From positions 104,904,001 through 104,968,000 of the forward strand of contig OX597822.1 in assembly GCA_951406725.2 (NCBI GenBank): a DNA stretch of 64,000 nucleotides, read 5' to 3'. This DNA is from Octopus vulgaris. Taxonomy: Eukaryota. Position 1 is the stretch's first letter, and every line of letters begins with the position of its first letter. The position numbers and the translations under genes are program-made. A model generated the notes under the pieces. It did not search any database, had not been told where the DNA came from, and was given only the letters and a program-made list of their open reading frames with translations. Positions 55,635 through 64,000 of this stretch are shown piece by piece.

Positions 55635-56083
55635 ATATATACATGCATAGAAACGTATACATCTCTTTATCTATCAATCTATCTATTATCTCTCTCTCTC
55701 ATATATATATATATTTATATAATCCAAATAAGAACATAGGGAAAGATTTATTCACATCTTCGACGACCAATTCCAATCTCTTTCTCTACCAACTCTGTTT
55801 TCAACGCCAGTTCCGCAAAAGATCCAAGTGAAAACTTAGGTCATATTGGCGCTTTTAAACATCAGAGTGGCACGTCTTCAAACCTACATCAAAGGTACGC
55901 TTTTACATTGTGCATCTGTCAGGCTTTGTATTTTTCTTATATTGGGAGGGAAGAAAAATATATATAACGATAAAAAGGAAGATAAATTGTGAAGAGATGG
56001 AGAAGGCAAATATAGAATCAATGCCAAAGCAGATGTAAGTATGGTTAGAGGATAAAGAAGCAGTAGAAGAATAAGGACGAGAA

Positions 56084-56155
<72 letters not shown>

Positions 56156-56777
56156 GGTTACTTGATTCATATATATATATTTGAATATTTTACTGGATAC
56201 AGTCAATTGTGCTTGCAATTTTTCTTAAAGAACGAATGTAAATGGAACTCGTATTGCAAACAATGGCATTAGCCATAATACCTTTTCTTTGTAAGAACTT
56301 TTCTTTCTTAGTATGTACGATATGTTCGAAATTCAAACTGGTTAAAAATTAAAAGGAGATACATTGGACAGATTGAGACTTTGATTCCTATTACAATGAG
56401 ACTGCGTACATCTTTATGCTGACTACTCGTTGAATAGACAGCTTTTCTCTTCATTACACTCATTATGTTAGGCAGAATTTCCTGTAAAATGTACTTTTGG
56501 GAAATTCTAAATCTTGTATAATTCTCACTACTCACTACATCCTCTCAAGATTGCTCCTTGATTTAATAAAAATAACTGTCCTTTATCTCTATATTGTGCT
56601 TATATATTAATTTAAATGATGCAATTCTCTCCCTTGCATTTCTTAAACGAAATGTCATTAACGTTAGCGAATGACATTTTGGTTTTCAATCTGAGGTTCA
56701 TTCCGATTAATCAAAACCTGATCTTAATTCTCCACACGAAATGTGCTATACATAGGCATACATACATAATCACATAT

Positions 56778-57140
56778 GTTGTTGGCATCCTTTTGTCTCG
56801 GGAGACAATGGAGCTGCGCAGAAGCTAATCCAATCTGGTTTTTACATTTCATGTCTTCTCCAGTTTTGCGCAGGCCTGGGCTAGATGTAGGAAAATCCCA
56901 ATCGTCAGGATTCCTCTCTCGACCTTGCTGACGTAGCCTAAAGGAGTGCAGATCATTACGTTTGCCACCAGCTTGGTTGCAGGAGCTGCCGGAAGCCTAC
57001 AGTGCTCCACTCCGGATTTCTTTAAAGGTTGTCTCCTTTTCGTAACTCTGGATAGGGGCTCATACCGGGTACTGTCAACCGAAGCCAGCTGAGCCCGGGA
57101 TTCGTGTCAAGTGGGTTCGTCACTCCCTGAAGTAGTGAAG
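56778..57140 (-). mobile_element. Probable non-autonomous RTE-type element (5'UTR-like part plus RTE 3' tail)
   Basis: Minus-strand end cattgtctcccgagacaaaaggatgccaacaac resembles RTE stem-loop tails. Confidence 0.45.
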
Positions 57141-57256
57141 AAAATCGCTACCCACCACCTATAATCACACATATGTATGCAGGTATATAAGTGTATATAT
57201 CTGTATAAATATGGTTATGTATATGTATGTCTGAATCTATATAGAAGTCAGTGTAT

Positions 57257-58970
57257 ATATACATACATACATACATACATACATACATACATGCATACAT
57301 ACATACATACATACATACATACATGCATACATACATACATACATACATACATACATACATAAACATACATACATACATACATACATACATAAACATACAT
57401 ACATACATACATACATACATACATACATAAACATACATACATACATACATACATACATACATACATACATACATACATACATACATAAACATACATACAT
57501 ACATACATACATACATACATACATACATACATACATACATACATACATACATACATACATAAACATACATACATACATACATACATACATACATACATAC
57601 ATACATACATACATACATACATACATACATACATACATACATACATACATACATACTTACATGCATACATACATACATGCATACATACATACATACATAC
57701 ATACATACATACATACATACATACATACATACATACATACATACATACATACATACATACATACATACATACATACATACATACATACATACATACATAC
57801 ATACATACATACATGCATACATACATACATACATACATACATACATGCATGCATACATGCATACATACATACATACATACATACATACATGCATACATAC
57901 ATACATACATACATACATACATACATGCATACATACATGCATACATACATACATACATACATACATGCATACATACATGCATACATACATACATACATAC
58001 ATACATACATACACATACATACATGCATACATACATACATACATGCATACATACATACATACATACATACATACATACATACATACATACATACATACAT
58101 ACATACATACATACATACATACATACATACATACATACATACATACATACATACATACATACATACATACATACATACATACATGCATACATACATACAT
58201 ACATACATACATACATACATACATGTATACATAATACATGCATACATACATACATACATGCATACATACATACATGCATACATACATACATACATACACG
58301 CATACATACATGCATACATACATACATGCATACATACATACATACATACATGCATACATACATGCATACATACATACATACATACATACATACATACATG
58401 CATACATACATACATACATACATACATACATACATACATACATGCATACATGCATACATACATGCATACATACATACATACATACATACATGTATACATA
58501 ATACATGCATACATACATACATACATGCATACATACATACATACATACATACATACATACATACATACATACACGCATACATACATGCATACATACATAC
58601 ATACATACATACATACATGCATACATACATACATACATACATACATACATGCATACATACATACATACATACATACATACATACATACATACATACATAC
58701 ATACATACATACATACATACATACATACATACATACATACATACATACATGCATACATGCATACATACATGCATACATACATACATACATACATACATGT
58801 ATACATAATACATGCATACATACATACATGCATACATACATACATGCATACATACATACATACATGCATACATACATGCATACATACATGCATACATACA
58901 TACATGCATACATACATACATGCATACATACATACATATATACATACATACATACATACATATACATATA
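57257..58970. repeat. 1.7 kb (TACA)n microsatellite with variant units and higher-order repeats
   Basis: Direct reading; source of the 400-600 aa artefact ORFs. Confidence 0.98.
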
Positions 58971-59181
58971 TGTATATATGCATATATAAAAACGTATGCA
59001 TGTGTTTGTATCTGCTTTAAAGTGCAGGCATGTCCGTTCTTGTTTGTATGAAGCAAATATTTTCAGAAACCCAAAACTATAAAGGTTTAGGTCTTAATGC
59101 CATTTTCTGAATTGTTATCCGGATGGAAATGAATCAAAACTACGAATCTACCGCTTCCAATCTATAGCTAGATTTTTCCAC

Positions 59182-59253
59182 GGGTATATGATGTAGTGGT
59201 TAAGAGCGCTGGCTACTAACCCCAAGATTCCGGGTTTGATTCCAAGTGTGACC

Positions 59254-59307
<54 letters not shown>

Positions 59308-59669
59308 GGACTTACAAATATATATATATAACATACAGAAAATTACACCACTGGGCACTGCACACATCCTACGCAGAACACTTTCAATACAGTAACCATC
59401 AGAGCATCACAACAAATCACAGCACATACCCAAGGCACACAGAGCTGCGCTCGGAAGTGAAGTGAAAGCACGCTATAAAAATAAAACTACTGAAAGATAA
59501 TGGTGATGGTGATTATAATAATAATAATAACATCGAAAAATACCTTAGGAATGAGAACCCAGGTTCGAAATTTCCCCCAAGGCACCTGATGAAGGCTGGA
59601 GGGTATATCAGCCGTAACGTTGCGTTAACAACAAACAAGATGGGGACAAATATCCGTCAAATGTAAATA
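59182..59669 (+). mobile_element. tRNA-headed SINE with internal (AAT)n and a hammerhead-like 3' module
   Basis: Head gtagtggttaagagcgc...gggtttgattcc; 3' gcac-CTGATGA-a-ggctg...cagcc-GTAA-cgtt-gcgt at 59582-59625. Confidence 0.65.
59308..59493 (+). mobile_element. R4/Dong 3' end nested in the (AAT)n of that SINE
   Basis: Matches the 37583 and 39704 copies. Confidence 0.88.
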
Positions 59670-59842
59670 CTGTATTTTCCTTATAGTTAGACTTTTCTTG
59701 CAAAGAATCATTCTACCATGTATTATATCTATTTACCACTAACCTCAGAATACAAACTGTGAATTGTTATTTGTTACTGAGTTTTGTATGTGTGAGTATG
59801 TAATACCTGTGTATGTGTGCTTAAGTACAAGTATCTGTGTGT

Positions 59843-60277
59843 AGGCGCAGGAGCGGCTGTGTGGTAAGTAGCTTGCTAACCAACCACATGGTTCCGGGTT
59901 CAGTCCCACTGCGTAGCATCTTGGGCAAGTGTCTTCTGCTATAGCCCCAGGCTGACCAATGCCTTGTGAGTGGATTTGGTAGACGGAAACTGAAAGAAGC
60001 CTGTCGTATATATGTATATGTATATATAGGTATGTATGTGTGTTTATATGTTTGTGTGTCTGTGTTTGTCCTCCTAGCATTGCTTGACAACCGATGCTGG
60101 TGTGTTTACGTCCCCGTCACATAGCGGTTCGGCAAAAGAGAACCGATAGAATAAGTACTGGGCTTACAAAGAATAAGTCCCGGGGTCGATTTGCTCGACT
60201 AAATAGGCGGTGCTCCAGCATGGCCGCAGTCAAATGACTGAAACAAGTAAAAGAGTAAAAGAGTAAAGAGTAAAGAG
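59843..60277 (+). mobile_element. SINE family C
   Basis: Full-length copy. Confidence 0.9.
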
Positions 60278-60914
60278 TATATGTGTCTGAGCTTGAACCC
60301 GTCTCTATGGGTGTTTAAACAAACCTATTAACATGATTTACGAAAACTTATATTTGCTATTTCAGGAATCAGTGAGTGTTAATTATTTATAATTCTTATA
60401 ATTGTGTATTCTGTTTGCTGGATGTAAGATAATTGACTTCGACAGGCGGGTAATAAGCCAAACATTTAACCTCATATTTACAATCAATATTGACTGCTGT
60501 TGAGGAAATAGTTCAATATTTTTCTTTCTATTTTGGCTTCCAACTACCTACGAAGTGATTGACTGAACGATATTTTCTTGGTGAGAAGTCCCGCGTGAAT
60601 TCAGTAAAATTAGACCCAATTTACCAAACTTTTTACATCAAACTAGTATTTTTTGTTCCTTCGGGAAAGCTCACTGTAGTTCGCTCAGTTGTAAATAAGT
60701 TCCAGCAATATCTGGGAAGTTAACTCTGCGTAGGACCGGGTTCCCGTTCAGAGGGGGGCCTTGTAATCACGGTTACGTATATACCATATAAACCGGATAA
60801 AGATCCGGTTGTATGAGTCCTATGACACGTGATAGCTCTAAGTTTATATTTAAGTATCATATTATAATTTTGCGTGTTCCTTCCTTAGTTCGTCCGTCTG
60901 TTATGCTCTTCATA

Positions 60915-61310
60915 TCTTTATATATAAAAGTGAAGTTGCGTGTCTGTCTCCTACGATTTAGATTCTTAACTTCTCCCACATTTTGCGGTACAGTTTAACC
61001 AAAACCGGGTATCTTATAGTCGTGATTCATATCGAGCCCTTCTGGGTATTATCGCGCGTCTACGATGAGTCTACGATTTAAAAAAAAATTACCATCATTT
61101 TTTTCCATTTTAATGCATTTTTTCGCTATTATATAAGGAAAGTAACTCTCTAAAAATGTCTACGATGAGTCAACGATTTAAAAAAAAATTACCATCATTT
61201 TTTTCCCATTTTTAATGCATTTTTTTCCTATTTTTCGGCTATAACACTCTAAAAAATCTTATATAGTTATTTCCCTTATAAACCCGAGCAACGCCGGGCG
61301 ATACTGCTAG
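60915..61310 (+). mobile_element. Helitron H1 with internal tandem duplication
   Basis: A|TC...CTAG|T and 3' hairpin. Confidence 0.9.
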
Positions 61311-61564
61311 TAATATATAAGAAGAGGAATGGAAAGGTAGTGAGAGAGAAGAGGGAGAGAGAGAGGGAGGTGATAGAAAGTGTGTGTGTGTGTGTGTGAA
61401 CGTCTGACATTCCGTGTGTATTTATAGATAGATATACACATATCTATACGGAACACAAGCAGATAGATAAATACATCGACAGATTGTTAAACCAAAGAGA
61501 AATAATCACAGTAAATTTTCGATGTTACTTTTATGCTTCGGTACAGAGGAGGAACAAAGAGGTA

Positions 61565-61659
<95 letters not shown>

Positions 61660-61873
61660 GTGAACATGTGATATTCTGTGTGTGCATCTATACATACATG
61701 TATAGATATGTGTCAACTGGAAATCGGGGATGGGATTTTTATCTAGATATCTAATGAAACAAATTTCGAAATTGAAATTAAATGTTATTCAAACGTAATC
61801 TGCTTCGGACAAATAAATCTAACTAATAAAATAAATATATAAATAAAACGAATTTTGAAATTGAAATAAATGT

Positions 61874-61921
<48 letters not shown>

Positions 61922-61924
61922 CAT

Positions 61925-62342
61925 TGTTGAAGTTTTGTAGTATACTTATTCCAAGAACACATAAATAAAATTTATGCCCCTTCCATGAAAATTGGATGTA
62001 TTTGCACTTTCAAAGTGGCTCTGTCCCGTGTCATAAACCCCATTGGGGGGGGGGGTAATTAATATTGTAAGATGATGAAATTTTGGAAATCGTCTTTATT
62101 TAGTACCTTGTAGTTATGTTGTTATTTTCATTGAAATCAGAAGTGTTTCAAATTTTGCAGGGGTATTCGCCACTTTTTAAGGCCCCTAATCGCAATGGAG
62201 ACTAAATTTTTTGTAGCTCATCGTCTTTCCCGTAAAATTTTACATGAGAACACATACTTTGTTTTTATGTATCTTCTGTTCCCTTTCGTCCTATAGATGT
62301 ACAGACACATAGACACACAGACACTGAGTTTTATTATACAGA
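61925..62342 (-). mobile_element. Helitron-like element, 5' end only
   Basis: Minus strand A|TCTGTATAATAAAAC...(tgtc)n, a typical Helitron 5' module; no CTAG end found. Confidence 0.45.
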
Positions 62343-62789
62343 TGTGTGTATACACACACACACACACATATATATATATAATGCAAGTTGTTCTGCGTAG
62401 ATCTCTTCAATGGATGTCGTGAAGAAAGAATTATTGGTGATTAGAAAGGTTTTCCTTGTTACTGTTCTCATTAGGAATCTTTATTGCAGTTGTTCTCATT
62501 ATTATTGCAATTATTATTGTGGTTGTTGTTTTTGTTGTGGTTGTTGTTTTTGTTGTTGTTTTTGTTTTTGTTGTTGTTGTTTTTTTGTCGTTTTTGTTGT
62601 TGTTAATTGAGTTGGTGGCGGCGGTGCTGGTAATGGCGATGATAATGATATTGCTATTGATAGCCTCTGCATCAGATCTGACCGCGCGAAGCTATAGCTA
62701 TGATTAAAGTTATTCTAAGAATGGTAATCCCGTGTTTATTTAATTATTCATATATTTATTCATGCCTTTTCGTATTCACACATAGAGTA

Positions 62790-63028
62790 CAGTAGACGAT
62801 TTCATCTCAATCGAAGGAGAGGAGCTTTCTCCGTCCGGGTTGCGAATCCATGGAACAAGCTGCCAGACGAGATGGTGAAGATGCCGACGACCGCTTTGTT
62901 CAAAGTCTCCCTTGACCTCAAGTGGCCTGAACTCTTTACATGAACACCACCCTGTACTTAACTCCATGTCCCCCTACATGGCCTTGCTATTTGCTTTTGA
63001 GCCAAAAATTAACTAACTAACTAACTAA
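62790..63028 (+). mobile_element. CR1 LINE 3' end
   Basis: RRGAFSVRVANPWNKLPDEMV...FKVSLDLKW.ELFT* (CR1 'FS.RVV..WN.LP...FK..LD' motif), short UTR and (ACTA)n tail. Confidence 0.88.
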
Positions 63029-63666
63029 GTAGTGAAAAATAGCTTAGTATCTTTTGGATGTGATTTAGTTGATATTTCTAGTAGATCTTTCGTCCGTCCA
63101 TCGCAAGAAATTTTTGCTATATTTGCTCCTTGTACCAACAGTGTATATCGTTCCCTGAACATTATGTTGAACATTATTAAATCTCTGCCGTTCCTGTATG
63201 AGAAACGGTTGAAAGGCTGCCAATGTTGAATATTGTCTTTGTCTTAGGTGAGAAAGGAATGCGACAATTATAAGCTATTAGCTGTGTGTGTGGTGGGATT
63301 GCTGAGTTCTAAAATAAACTTTCGTTGCGAGACAGACAGCTTTTTTCAGTTAACGTTGCAACGAAACGTCCTGTCAGTAAGAGTCTAATCTGGTTAATTA
63401 GTAAATATATCATGTTAAACACAAGACAAGGATTCTCTGATATGTAACACAGGAACTTTTATTTCCGACTCGGCAACAGTCCAATGATGCGGGAAGATAC
63501 AGCGATGGGATATGATTGGTTGTGATTAGTTTCAGAGGTATTATAACTGATTGACCTGGTATGAAAGATGTTCTTTAAGATATTTGCATTACTGTAAATA
63601 AAAAGAAAAAAATGGAATGTATACACACACACACACAGCAACGTACAAACTCATACATAGACATCT

Positions 63667-64000
63667 GGAAGCACTCCGTTGGTTACGACGATGAGGGTTC
63701 CGGTTGATCCGAATCAACGGAACAGCCTTCTCGTGAAATTAACGTGTAAGTGGCTGAGCACTCCACAGACACGTGTACCCTTAACGTAGTTCTCGGGGAT
63801 ATTCAGCGTGACACAGAGAGTGACAAGGCCGGCCCCTTGAAAACAGGAAGTAAGAGTGAGAGAAAGTTGTAGTGAAAGAGTACAGCAGGGATAACCACCA
63901 CCCCCTGCCGGAGCCTCGTGGTGCTTTAGGTGTTTTCGCTCAATAAACACTCACAATGCCCGGTCTGGGAATCGAAACCGCGATCCTACGACCGCGAGTC
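63667..64000 (-). mobile_element. SINE family B (head runs off the window end)
   Basis: Reverse complement of the 14465 and 23762 copies. Confidence 0.88.

Noticed and set aside
57148-59056. Long 400-617 aa ORFs (MYVC/HTYI repeats)
   Set aside because: Translations of the (TACA)n microsatellite, which lacks stop codons

Overview
AT-rich, repeat-saturated animal DNA with no credible host protein-coding exon. The SINE repertoire and microsatellite density suggest a cephalopod, probably Octopus (inference, not database-checked). Almost all ORFs in the supplied track are microsatellite or SINE artefacts. Recognisable content: four to five tRNA-derived SINE families; at least eight non-autonomous Helitrons (TC...CTAG, one carrying a PIF1 helicase fragment); decayed R4/Dong, RTE, CR1, possible CRE and Penelope-like (PLE) retroelements; a mariner relic; a Tigger-like MITE; a HINE-like element; a possible solo LTR; and many microsatellites. 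The most interesting signal is a set of short (150-550 bp), mostly mutually unrelated non-coding islands, most of them between (TA)n tracts. Several carry minimal type-I hammerhead ribozyme motifs (13.5, 20.9, 42.4, 46.3, 49.6 kb, plus degenerate ones), and several fold back as 90-190 bp inverted repeats. A decayed PLE reverse transcriptase abuts a (TA)n tract, and one tRNA-headed SINE ends in a hammerhead motif. Together these suggest a (TA)n-associated, PLE-mobilised ribozyme/retrozyme-like system. All coordinates were read by eye and may be off by a few bases.
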